A DNA stretch of 64,000 nucleotides from Botryllus schlosseri (Eukaryota): contig CM119372.1 in NCBI GenBank assembly GCA_051294905.1, positions 21,888,001 through 21,952,000 of the forward strand. The letters run 5' to 3'. The notes under the pieces are model-generated. The model saw only the letters and a list, made by a program, of their open reading frames with translations. It was not told the DNA's origin and searched no databases. Positions 27,149 to 39,452 of the stretch are shown one piece after another. Positions within the stretch are counted from its first letter, which is position 1; each line of letters opens with the position of its first letter. The position numbers and the translations under genes are program-made.

Positions 27149-27377
27149 GCCTGGTTTAATAGAATGTGTTAATACACCTCGCATAGGTCAAATACGTGAG
27201 TATGACGTCATAAATGATAGAAACGCGCGTAACTTATATAGGTGGTACGCGAGCACTGCATAAAACCTCAAAATGGTACGTGGGTGGAAAAAGGCTGGGA
27301 ACCACTGCTCTAGAATCTAGATCAGTGGCTCCCAACCGGTGGGGAATTCCCCGCTGGTGGGGAATTCAATGGTTTCT

Positions 27378-29297
27378 CAGGGTTAGTTCGGATATCAATA
27401 ATTTTCACTATCCGGATAACGGATATATCCGGATATTTTGGAATTTATCTAACCGGTTAACCGGATAATAACTGCTAAGTGAGACAATCGATTTCATTAG
27501 GTCTGCATGTAAAACGGATCGCAAAATCATTACACAGTGTTATTGTAGAGTACCTACCTACGCGCGCAGTATGAGCGAATACGAGAAAAACCACGCAAAT
27601 TTAATGTTCACTGCTTCTGCAATGCCCTCTTTATAAAGCACAGATGCATCAATTGTGGGATCCTGTAGCCGGGACCGGAATTTTGTAACAAAGAGTCCAC
27701 GTTCATTGAATGCTTTTTCAGCTTCCACATAAGTGGGCTGAATAGAAAGCAGCGCTTCGTAGAGAGTCAAAAGGTTGGCAGATCGTACGCCGGAAACTTC
27801 AACGGCTTTGCATCCTTTTGACCATCCTTGTGTTTAGGTTTAGAGTACTAGAAGGACGACTAGCTGATACTGGAATTGATGCCGACATCATACCTCGCTC
27901 TAATTCACGTGATCAGGCACGCAGCCAGCCGAAAATGTAGGGGGACTGAAATAAAATCAGGGGGTTTCGATTTTTTTTTTTCGAATTAATCATCAGCGGA
28001 AATCAATTACGCTTGCACGCACGCACATTTTTGCGAACATTCGATGTCATTCAGTTTCGCGGTGTCACTCTCAGAATCACTAATTAGAATACACTTAACG
28101 GCATATCGTCAACAAGCCATCGAGAGATAGGAGCCAATGCGTGCTGGGTCCGAGATGGTTAGGCCAGCGATTATATCGTTCGTAGGCCTATTGCAGATGC
28201 GATTGTGCAGGTCAACGATAATGTCGTGAGCACCAAGCCAATGAAGATGCGATTGTGCAGGCCAGCGATGGAATAGTGTGTACACTGCACATTAGGGCTG
28301 TTCAAAAATAACTTTTTTTTCCTGATTCCAGCCATTCACTGATTAAATTGTCAGGTTGCCATAACAAAGGCTGCACACCAAATTTGGTTCAATTCTAACA
28401 AGTATAGGGCTCCGCGGATCCAATTAAAATTTTTAATTTATACAGGAAAATTGAAAAAAAAAATTTTTCAAATTTTGCTGTCAACCCCATGAAATTGTTG
28501 AGCTGTCTTCAGAGACGATGCAAAAAAAATTTGACTCAATTCGGACTAGTAGAAACGGAGTTATTCGAGTTTTTCGTTGATAATTCTCGGATTATCCCCA
28601 AATTAAGGATAATTGGAGAATTATCAACGAAAAACTCCAATAACTCCACTTCTACTAGTCCGAATTGAGTCAATTTTTTTTTTGCATCGTCTCTGAAGAC
28701 AGATCAACAATTTCATGGGGTTGACAGAAAAATTTGAAAATTTTTTTTTTTCAATTTTCCTGTATAAATTAAAAATTTTAATTGGATCCGCGGAGCCCTA
28801 TACTTGTTAGAATTGAACCAAATTTGGTGTGCAGCCTTTGTTGTGGCAACCTGACAATTTAAGCACTGAATGGCTGGAATCCGGAAAAAAAAGTTATTTT
28901 TGAACAGCCCTACTGCACATGGCCTATTGCAGATGCGATTCTTCAATCCAGTGGAACTATCGGCTTGTTGAAGACGCGATAAATCAGGCCAGAGACGATA
29001 GCCGAGCGCGTGGCAATCAATGACCTAATTTAACGATCTTCTCAGCAGGAGATCGCGTCACATTACATTGTGCAATGTGTACGGACGCATTTCGCTAATT
29101 GGCAACACGCTTCTCGTTAATCGGCCGTGCCAACACTGAATACGACTTATTGAAGCTTACTAAAACGTGTAAAATGCATTACCAACGATTCTTTTTTATC
29201 CGGTTAACCGGCAGAAAATAATCCGGATATCAGATAGTGAAAATACCTGCGGTTAACCGGTTAACCGGTTAACCGTTATCGGGATAATCCAACCCTA
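27378..29297 (-). mobile_element. Internally deleted hAT element with hATC remnant
   Basis: Ends cagggtt / aacccta flanked by duplicated ggtttct; taaccgg subterminal repeats; minus-strand LLSIQPTYVEAEKAFNERGLFVTKFRSRLQDPTIDA at 27558-27770. Confidence 0.82.
28293..28912. mobile_element. Near-perfect 620-bp palindromic (foldback) MITE
   Basis: Arms of about 300 bp pair almost to the centre (about 28600); ends tagggctgttcaaaaataac / gttatttttgaacagcccta; perfect TSD ctgcacat. Confidence 0.95.
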
Positions 29298-29354
29298 GGT
29301 TTCTGGTTGGGAATAGTCGCATTTGGTAAACATTATATACAGGATAGTCTACAT

Positions 29355-30195
29355 CAGGGGGGTCAAACTCAAATTGCGTCGCGGGCCGAATTCAAGGCTT
29401 CAAATCACCTCCGGGCCGGACTAGTCAATTGATTCCAAAATGTTACCTCCTGCCCTTGTTTTTCACTTGAATAGTTTATTATTAGGCATATATGGATAAT
29501 GCACGGCTCATAGGGGTTTTATTCTAGCAAGTCGCAACACGTTAATTCGCGAACAATGGAATTAGCAAAAATATGATGATTGTCCGGTTGAATACAGTTA
29601 AAAACCGATAAGACAGTGGCGCTAACGATTATATAAGTTTGCATATTTTTATGTTTCCCTTGTTGTAGTCGTAATATGGTGGTATCCCAGCGTATGCTCT
29701 GCGAGAAATACAATAAATACAATATATTCAACTGTAAACGTGGACGTTGTAATTTGGATTATTATTATTAAATCGCAAATCGGTTTCTCTAAGTCCGGGG
29801 ACCTATCTGGTGGGAAGTGACACAGCAGTGTGATCAGAGATATTTGAATGATATATAGACGTTTTCGCTTCTGTGAATAACTACATTCTGGTCCATTTTA
29901 CCATAAAACTCTGAACTCAGTGTGCACTTTTTGCCTTCTAGAATTAGAGAGAGTGGAACCTCAACACGGTAGTCGGATGGTTATTATGTGGCCTGTGAAC
30001 ATCCAGAGCATGCTCGGCATCTGCTGTCTTGGTGGAATATTCAATGAAAGTATTTCATGCAAAAAATCTCAACATTTGTTACAAATGTGCTCGATAATAT
30101 ACGGATTTTTAATCTACTCAGAATTTTTTCGCGGGCCGGATTAAATCGTCTGGCGGGTCGGATGTGGCCCGCGGGCCGTATGTTTGACACCCATG
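29355..30195. mobile_element. Buster-type MITE
   Basis: TIR caggggggtcaaac / gtttgacacccatg; perfect TSD gtctacat. Confidence 0.9.
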
Positions 30196-30925
30196 GTCTA
30201 CATATTTACAGAGACACGTGCGCGATTACCGTTACCAGCTAAGTGCTCTGGAATTCATACACCGAAAACTATATTGCGTGTTGTTCACAAAAACGTATTT
30301 TTAACTCTTGATAACCTATGATGGCGTCACAAACGCATCCAGCACGACCAGTATGACGTGTAATAACGCTTTCGCTAAATTTTGAGGGTTACATGTATCG
30401 GTTCACAATAGGTTTTATATGTTGCAGTTATAGGCGATTGTCTTGCATACTGATGTGATTGTGTGCCTTGTGTACTCAAACAACACAATTGCTGCTCCGT
30501 AATGACAAAATTTGAAAGGAAATTCGACGATAGTTTTGGGTGGTGGGGAATGAAGACTTGGAATAAATCTGAAGTGGGTAATGAAGACAAAAAGGTTGGG
30601 AACCACTCATCTAGATAAAGGTTATACTATTAGGGAAGTATTGAGACAACAATGGATGAATACGACCGGTAATAACTGTGCTTAATTTATGATTCTTCAT
30701 TGGCTTATATATTTGCGTCTCCTGCATGATTTCTAGATGCATGACCTCGGAATTATTATATCAGATTTGTATACCTATTACCTAATAACTTTAAATGTCT
30801 CGCGAGTCTGAAATTGACTAAAACTGTGAATGGCTTTGTCAGTACGAAATATATGAGGTTGTGATGTGTTCCTCTTGAGAAAAACTTGCACAGACACGGG
30901 GAGATTTTCAAATGTGTGTATTGGA

Positions 30926-32580
30926 TAGAGATGGTGTGAACCTCTGAAAGGTTCAGGTTCGTGTGAACGCGAACCTTTTTGAAAGGTTCTGTGTGAACGC
31001 GAACGTGAACCTCATGACGTCACGTGACGTCATATTGCTAATTTTAACCCTATATTTCAATGAAGTGATAGCCTATATTGATGGACTGTAGACTATATAT
31101 AGGGCTCTTCAAAAATGACTTTTTTTTTCTCAAATCGTACTGGCGACTTGATAAAATTGTTAGGTCACCTAATTTAAGCCTACACGCAAAATTTGGTTCA
31201 ATTCCAGCCAGTAACCGCTTTGCTACAGAAGAAAGTTTCTATTTATTATATAAAAATAAATAATAAAAATTTGAAAATTTTCTGTTCACCCCATGAAAGT
31301 GTTAGCGGTCTATAGAAACGATTCTCACCAAATTTGTTTCAATTCCAACCAGTGGAAGCGAAGTTATTGCCGTCGAAAAATTTGGATTTGAATAAAATAG
31401 TATTTACGGTGACCGATTCTTTGTTTGTTTATTTATTATAGCTGTGCTCACCGTAAATACTATTTTATTCAAATCAAAATTTTTCGGCAATAATATCCCC
31501 GCTTCCACTGGTTGGAATTGAACCAAATTTGGTGAGCATCATTTCTATAGACAGCCTAACACGTTCATGGGGTGAACAGAAAATTTTCAAATATTTTATC
31601 ATTTATTTTTATATAATAAATCGAAACTTTCTTCTCCTGTAGCAAATTGGTTACTGGCTGGAATTGAACCAAATTTTGTGTGTAGGCTTAAATTAGGTAA
31701 CTTAACAATTTTATCAAGTAGCCAGTACGATTTGAGAATAAAACTCATTTTTGAAGAGCCCTACTGTACACGATACTTAGCAATGCCACAATGCTGAAGT
31801 ACATATTGACGTTTTAAACGTCGCCAAATGTATCAACTGATACAATCAAATGATAAAATAATCCCATAAAATCAATATCTTCCATCGCTTCGCCAACAAT
31901 TTCGACAAGGATTTGCCATGGAATATAAGCTCACGCCTTAACGGTCTAGGCCAGACCGGACAATGTATTCGGCGTCTGAGTATTGATACAAGGATATTGA
32001 ACGGAGCGTAAAACGGGTTTCTATACTTGCTACCGATGCTAACCCATTAACAAGTTATACAGCAGTAGCCAACACCTCAATCGCACGTATTTGGTTTTTA
32101 TGATACAGTATACATATGAAGGCAAGATTGACCCCGTATACGCCAGCTAGATAGAAAACGATATCAACCTCATTCATTGGTGAAATTAGCATCATTTGCT
32201 GACTCCATGTAGTGTATTTGGCTCTTGATGTTGTGTGATTGCGGGTCAAGTTCATGCAGAGAGTCACTAAATATTCACAAACGGAAAGCTGGATATTTCG
32301 AGCAAACTTTTGCAACAAAGCAAGTTAAATTTTTGAGATTGTCCAGGTGCATGCTCGTTTAGTGTTGATTGTTTATGCTGCCAGCGCCATGCATAGAGTG
32401 GCCAGCAGTTAAAATGCAATAAATTTGAACCAAAGATGTTATAATGAGGTGAAAATTGCAATATTTGAAAAAGGTTCACAGTGCAGAACCTACCAAGGTT
32501 CTGTTGTGAACGCGAACCTCAAAATTTCCGAGGTTCACACACAGAACGCGAACGTGAACCTCACGTTCACACCATCCCTA
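30926..32580. mobile_element. hAT-type MITE with GTGAAC subterminal repeats
   Basis: TIR tagagatggtgtgaac / gttcacaccatcccta; colinear with 37831-39452 and, inverted, with 50603-51537. Confidence 0.88.
31100..31763. mobile_element. Palindromic (foldback) TAGGGC MITE nested in 30926-32580
   Basis: Ends tagggctcttcaaaaatga / tcatttttgaagagcccta; arms pair to the centre near 31430; ctgtagac / ctgtacac flanks; empty site visible in the homologue near 37985. Confidence 0.92.
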
Positions 32581-32705
32581 TTGGATACTATGTCATGTAT
32601 TGGTAGCACTATTTAACAATTAATGGAAACATCAGTATGTCCAATTGTCCAGTCCACGACTACCTCGCCCATCAGACATGTTCGGCTGAGAGTTGACACA
32701 CTTAC

Positions 32706-32921
32706 TTTCAAACCCTTTGGTCCTGTCACGCCAATTTCACCCTTCGGCCCCACTTTACCGGGAGGTCCTTGATTCATCCGCTGGATGGGGGTGGATGGGG
32801 CTTTTTCACCGCTGTTGCAATTGCAAACGACATTGCACGTCTCCAATTTCTCTGCGTCGTCCTGTTGGGCCGAAACCATCACTAACAAATGCGCAACCAG
32901 AAATCTGAACACAGTTCTCAT
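32706..32921 (-). CDS. Exon 1 of a secreted short-collagen protein (collectin/ficolin/C1q-type N-terminus)
   Basis: MRTVFRFLVAHLLVMVSA signal-peptide-like start, CNVVCNC Cys segment, then 7 Gly-X-Y triplets (GPPGKVGPKGEIGVTGPKGLK) ending at a phase-0 GTAAGT donor. Confidence 0.88.
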
Positions 32922-33003
32922 CTTTCTCGCGTTAGTGAACGTTAGGAACTGTAGCAACGCCTCAACAGAACGAGTATTGCATTGGCATACTGTTGAGCCT
33001 CGC

Positions 33004-33009
33004 TTTATA
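33004..33009 (-). promoter_or_regulatory. Possible TATA box of the short-collagen gene
   Basis: TATAAA on the minus strand about 83 bp upstream of the ATG at 32921; motif only. Confidence 0.3.
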
Positions 33010-34053
33010 CATATATCTGCCGGGATTAGTATTTTTTCATAAATCCTTATAAGGTATGGCATCGTACTCATAATTCACATAAATGCTATAAGGTGCGCTA
33101 TGCGAATCTGCTGACTTTTCGCATGCGCCTACACGAAACAATCCATTCATCATCATTTTGCATTGTGCCAAAATAGGAGAGAGCTTTTTGCTGGTGGCAA
33201 GTATGATTTATAGACAATCGGAGGTTAATAAATTTAGACGATAGCGCAATTTCATGTCAAATCAATCACTAGGTTTAAAAATTTCCATGTAATTTTAGGA
33301 GTTACTTTGGTATCTATAGCTGAGTATAGCAAAATTATGTTAGTCAAAATGAACCCGACTGCATAGTTATCGCCTATGGCAATTTGCGACAATAACGATG
33401 GCAAAACAGTGTTTCAGCGTTTCACTCGCGACAGTGATACTAATCTATATTCATCAATGACTTTATAATTGATAAATCTAAATCATCAAAGTATTCTGTA
33501 TAGCTTGGCTTCAAGAACATGGGAGACCTGTTATATATTCTATATCAGTATTTCTTAACTGGTCGGGGCTAAAGCGCTCAGGGGGAGATATAGGGGCGCT
33601 GGGCTCAGAAGGCGGTATGGGGACGCTGAAGAGAAATGGCATCGCAGTGGAGGGTGCACTAGGGACATATGATTATATAGTGGTAGAACAACTTATTCAA
33701 GTAAAAGTTTTGGACGTTCTTCCCACTATCCAGCTGGTGTTCGTTCGTCCACGTCATCATGGATGGCGAAATTGAACATCACAGATCGACCAAAATTGCT
33801 TGGGGGACCATATTCTGCCCGTCACCGGCAGTTTATGCAAAAGCATTATTGGCAGACAGACAGGTATTTATTGTTTCGTCAAACATAAAATTTGACTGGA
33901 GGCGACGATATGACCTATAAAGGCGTAGTTACTCGTCCCCTTCATGACAGTGAAGTAAAAGTGTATTAATTTTTTTTAATATATAACAATGCACAGTCTG
34001 CAATAGAGAAGATAATATAAACACAAATATATAACAAAGACAGTAGTCACGGT

Positions 34054-37000
34054 CATAGGCGCCGACTTTTATTTTTGCATGGGCTGGCAGCAGGCGCGTA
34101 GCCAGGGGGTGTCGAAATCCCCTCCTATTGAAACGCAAAACCCCGTCCTTTTGAAATGACCGTTCTGACGCTAATATTCAGTTGCAATTCAACAAGTCCT
34201 ATTATCAGTGTTACGCGCGGGGCCGCGACGAATTAGCGAGATTCGTCTGTGCACGCATATCGCATCGCACAATGCAATGCAACACGACGCGATCTTCCGC
34301 CGAGACGATTGCTGGACTGAGCACTGAGCAGTAACACAGCGCGACAATTCTGGAACACGAAAGACAGACCAGCATTATGATTACAAACGCGCGCGGCCAA
34401 TCAGTAATTATCCCTTTCCGCCAACACAATGGGGTTTTACTTAGTATTGAGTAGCTCGCATCGCGACAATTGGTTGCTGATTAAAACATCGATTTTGACT
34501 GCATTGCTGCATTTTCCGATTTACGTTCGCAAAGCATAATTGCATTAATATTATGGGCACTGGAATAAATTCCAACTAGCAGACACACACAATAAAACAC
34601 AGTTCAACTTCGCGCTCCGAGAATATTTATCACAATAAGGGTTCTAAAATTATTTTAAACGCGGCTTGCGGCCCTCATCGATGCAAATAATGAACTTTAA
34701 CTTTTAAAAGGTGAACGTATATTTGGTCGTCAAATCGCGATAGAAGATGGTTTTTCTCAGAGCTCGCGATTAAATCTACGTTTCTAAAACGATGAGGTCG
34801 AATTTGTACAGCTAATAATGATCGTTAGTTTGCTGAAATCAGCCTCAGTACGCTGTGCGAAATACATAATAGTGATCAATTTTATCGGACTGTACAATCG
34901 GCCGGCAACGTTGCGCTGATCAAGAAATTGCAGACATGCCGCGAACCTGCAATAATTACAATTACTGGGTGCGCTAGTCATACCTAAATACCCAGATTCG
35001 GCAATGGCAACGAGCACAATTTGTTCAGACGCGGGCTTAAGTTTTAATCAAAAAGATACCTGAACACAAACAATATTACACTCAGAGATTGGTACCGATT
35101 GGCGAACGTGTTTCTGCGGACGGTAGCAGGCCTCCATGCGAACGCGCTAAATCCGTGGTTCGTAACCTTGCCTCCAGCGCCCCCCAAGGGGCGATTTGGA
35201 TTTTGAAGGGGGCGGAATCGCTCAGGGGGCGATATGGGGGGCGGTGGGCTCATGGGGGTGGTAAGGGGGCGCTGAAGCAAAATGGCTTCGCAGTAGATGG
35301 TGTAGTACAGCAAAACATACCAATAACGAGTTTTCAGAACAAATTAACATTCGACATAACTAGTCAAATCTCGAAATTTTTCGACGATGGTTGCTACATA
35401 TGTTCTCTCAAAAATTACACTACAATTTTTGACGATTTATACCAGTTATTTACAATTTTTCGCACTGCGCGCGAATTACAGTTGACAAATTTTTGAATAT
35501 TGGTTACCTTCCCCCACGAAAAAATACCCACTATTTATCGAAAATAGAAATTGGCATTTCGACGTCGGCCATTACCACGCCGCGATGCACGAAGACATAT
35601 GAAGTTTCGGCCAATATGGGACTCCGAGAGTGTGCCAAAACATCATCAGTGAGAAAACCTTCGCTGAAAATAATTGCCCTCATGTTGACCCTAAATTTAG
35701 ATATAAATATGTCTAATTGTCTATAGGTGCTTAAATAGCTCGTGCCAAATTATCAGGTATTGACAATCTGAACCCCTCAGGACAAATAACATCCATCAAA
35801 GAAAAATTACTTGCCATTGAAGAAATAACAATTTTAGTTTAGATACGTTTATGCGATTCCAGTATCTTTAAACTATATAGCCAGCGGATAGAAGGTCACA
35901 AAATAATAACACTCAACGAAGTAATTGTACTAACGGGTCTGCCTGAATATGCTTGATTATTAATTACGTGCCCTACATTTTCCAAGACAACAGCTCATTC
36001 AAAGCTACCGATGAATCCTGTTACGAGGGCTGAGAGGATAAAACAAATTATAGCGATATATATATCCAATCCATATGCAATTACCAATATTTTTGACCGA
36101 TTCGTTCATCGATTATAAAAAGCTTTCGCGCCTAGGCGACCAGGCCACTTATAACTTTGTTCAACATAGAAATCACGCGACGCGGGGTCTTGGGGGAAGC
36201 CCCATAGAAGTTTGATCACCCTATCGGGGCCAAGGACCAACGTTTTTCGAGGGGGATGAGGAAGTGCTGTTACGACCCGTCCTCGTATCCATTGTTTTGA
36301 TTACTGTCTGTGAAATATGGGTTGGGGGGCACTAGAACACGGAACGTTTGGAAAGGGGGCGCTGGAGGAAAAAAAGGTTAAGAACCACTGCGCTAAATCA
36401 AACCACCGACGATAGTTCACATGAGATAGCGAGGACCCATTTCGCATACAAATGATTCTCGCTAATTTGCAGCACGCGGCATCGATAATGCGAATTAGTG
36501 AATTGTCATTTCAAAAGGACGGGATTTCTAGTTATAAATGAGAAACTCCCTGGCTACGCACCTGGGGTTTTTATGCCGACAACGCGCTGGTTAATATCAG
36601 CTCGGGGCCTACGTAGGCCCCGATCAGCCAATCGAATTGGATCGTAAAATGGCGCGCTTTTATTTATCCACGTGTTATTGCAGTAAGAGCAATATGGGCG
36701 CATGCTGCGACGTTATCATACATATCCCGAAGGTTTGAAATTCGATCCGCGATATGGTTGCACGCGATAGAGTCCGTCCAGCAATAAAGTTTATTGGTAC
36801 ATAGAAGGTTCCCGTTCAAACTAATCGAATAAATTCAGAATTTGCGCCACCAAGAATCTCGTGTTGCATCAATTTTGACAACGTAATTCAACGCCGTGCA
36901 CTGCACAATGCGCAATGCGCAGTATTAATAACAAATCAAGCACTGACAAGTGACACCGAGGGAATACGAGTGTATAAAGCAGACAAGAATTAGTAGACTA

Positions 37001-37579
37001 CAGATGATAGCAAACGAGAAAGCGCGCATCTAATCAGTAATTCCTCGATTTGCATACAGCACAATGGGGTTCCAAGTCTGTCATCGCGACAATTGTTTGC
37101 TCATCATAACGACGTTTGAGCTGCATTGTTGCATTTCCCGATAAAAGTTGGCAAAGCCTTGTTAGAGTAATGAATATGCGCAGTTGCGCACTTTAGGCAG
37201 GAATGACTTTCAATTCGCAGGCAAACGAATATGGGCGCAAACACAATTTAATTTAGAGGAAAACGCGAATTCACTCGTCTGGTCGACAGAGAAGATGGTG
37301 TTAGTGTCGAAATCGACGTCGTAAACGAGGTTGCTTCGATTGTCTGATTACTAATCACGGATAACAATTTATTGGGGCGTTTTTAACACTAGTTAGCGTC
37401 GTCGCCAACGAAGCTGCGCATTCAATTATTCGCGCGCGTATCGGTTAATAGTAAATTGTTATCCTTTACGCGCTATCACGGACTAGCTAATTAACAGCGC
37501 TGATGATTTGAAATCCCAGACGGCGGGCGTTCAATCCTATTGTATGGGGTGGCCGCCACCCCGTAACTCGGCACCTATG
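34054..37579. mobile_element. hAT-type element with nested insertions
   Basis: TIR cataggcgccga / tcggcacctatg; perfect TSD gtcacggt. Inner inverted pair caggcgcgtagccagg (34091) / cctggctacgcacctg (36564). Further left ends of this family near 43882 and at 63981. Confidence 0.88.
35153..36390. mobile_element. Buster-type MITE
   Basis: TIR ccgtggttcgtaacc / ggttaagaaccactg; perfect TSD cgctaaat. Confidence 0.9.
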
Positions 37580-37830
37580 GTCACGGTAGCATACTAGTTA
37601 CAGCAGTGGTTCCCAACAGGGGTCCACGGATCCCTTGGAGTCTTGGAGAAAGCATTTGGGGATCCGTGATTACCTTAATGAATTTTCATTCCATTCCATT
37701 AACTTCATTTAAATGTACATGTGTCAAGCTCAAGCACGCGAGAATAAACTGTGCCACAATGCATTAAGATAAATTCATGCAGCTGCCTAAAGTTGTGTGC
37801 ATTGACCTTACACTACAATACTACATCCAC

Positions 37831-39452
37831 TAGGGATGGTGTGAACCTCTGAAAGGTTCGGGTTCGTGTAAACGCGAACCTTTTTGAAAGGTTCTGTGTG
37901 AACACGAACGTGAACCTCATGACGTCACGTGACGTCATATTGCTAATTCCAACCATATCTTTCAATGAAGTGATAGCCTATACTAATGTACACGATACCT
38001 AGTGACGACTCGGGCCACATAATACCACAATGCCGAAGTACATATTGGTGTTTTAAACGTCGCTGAGGGCGGAGATAATAAAGTTAGCTGATCCGGGAGA
38101 ATGCTAATCGTGTGATTAAATACTGCTAATCGCGACGCATTAAGGTTAAGAGGGTTACGCGCGATGGTTAGTCGCGGTGTCCGGAGTTTTCAATCAAGTG
38201 GCGTTATCTGTTGCATCATAATGCGAAAATGCGTTATATATTGGCTGCTAGTTGGTGAATAAAACTAGAGATCCCACAATCGCCATAATGAAACAGTAGC
38301 CTGCTAACGACGATACTGCCACTGTAATAAGGTAGAATTATTATCATCGCGAAATGAAAGTCGTGTCCAATTCGTACGGTACAGCTAAGGAACGGATATC
38401 GCTTTGCAATGGCGGGTAGTCCTACATAATTCCTTGATTGTTTAGTGAAGCCATAACATAGGAGACAATCGGAACGGTCATTATCGGGAATAATTAGACG
38501 TAGGAATGGTACGCATGCAGTTTCTATAGATAACTAGAAATCTATAGTTGTTCCAGTTTGTTAAATCATGAGATTAACACTAACTTTATGCGCCGCGATC
38601 AACCGGTTTCCTTAATCCTGGGTTGATAAATCCCGACGAACGCGCTAATCGACTTTATTGCTAATCCAACTTTATCATCTTCGCCTTAAATGTATCAACT
38701 GAGGCAATTAAAGGATATAATACTCCCATAAAATCAATATTTTCCGTCGCTTTGCCAACAATTTCGACGAGGACTTACCAGGGAACATAAACTTACGCCT
38801 TAACGGTCGTGACCAGACCGGACAATGTATTCGGCGTCTGATTATCGCTACATTGATATTGAGCTGACTGTAAAACAGGTTTCTATACTTGCTACAAATA
38901 TTACCCCATTAAGAAGTTATACACTATACAGCAGTTGCCAACACCTCAATCGCACGGATTTGGTTTTAATGATGCAGTAAAAATACGAAGTCAAGATTGA
39001 CCCCGTACGCCTATGCTAGATTTTTTTCATCAGAAAACAATATCAATATCATTGATTGGTTCAACAAGCATCATTCGCTGACTACGTATTTTGCTCGTGA
39101 TGTCTGTGATTGCGGCTCAAACTCACAACAGAGAGTCACTAAATATTCACAAGCGGAAACCTGGATATTTCGAGCAAACTTTTATAACAAAGCAAGTAAA
39201 ACATTTGAGATTGTCAAGGTGCATGCTCGTTTAGTGTTGAATTTTAATGCTGCCAGCGCCGTGCATTGATTGACCCGCAGTTGAAATGCAATAAATATGA
39301 ACCAAAGATGTTGTAATGACGTGAAAATTGTAATCTATGAAAAAGGTTCACAGTGTAGAACCTACCAAGGTTCTGTTGTGAACGCGAACCTCTAAATTTC
39401 CGAGGTTCACACACAGAACGCGAACGTGAACCTCACGTTCACACCATCCCTA
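37831..39452. mobile_element. hAT-type MITE with GTGAAC repeats
   Basis: TIR tagggatggtgtgaac / gttcacaccatcccta; perfect TSD acatccac. Confidence 0.93.
38067..38686. mobile_element. PIF/Harbinger (Tourist)-like MITE
   Basis: Absent from the sister copies; TIR gggcggagataataaagtt / aactttatcatcttcgcct; 3-bp flanks tga / taa. Confidence 0.7.

Larger units (their letters stand above)
25418..27307 (+). mobile_element. Buster-derived element with transposase C-terminal remnant, hosting two nested MITEs
   Basis: TIR cagtggttcccaacc / ggctgggaaccactg; perfect TSD ctctagaa; YTWECEQGFSSLMTIKSKKRNRL..MQPSH* at about 25590-25757. Confidence 0.92.
27323..30608. mobile_element. Buster-type element hosting nested insertions
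   Basis: TIR cagtggctcccaacc / ggttgggaaccactc; perfect TSD atctagat. Confidence 0.9.

Noticed and set aside
32922..33071. N-terminal extension of ORF 32613..33071
   Set aside because: The signal peptide begins at the Met at 32921; the upstream part is probably UTR or promoter, and the part below 32706 is intron.
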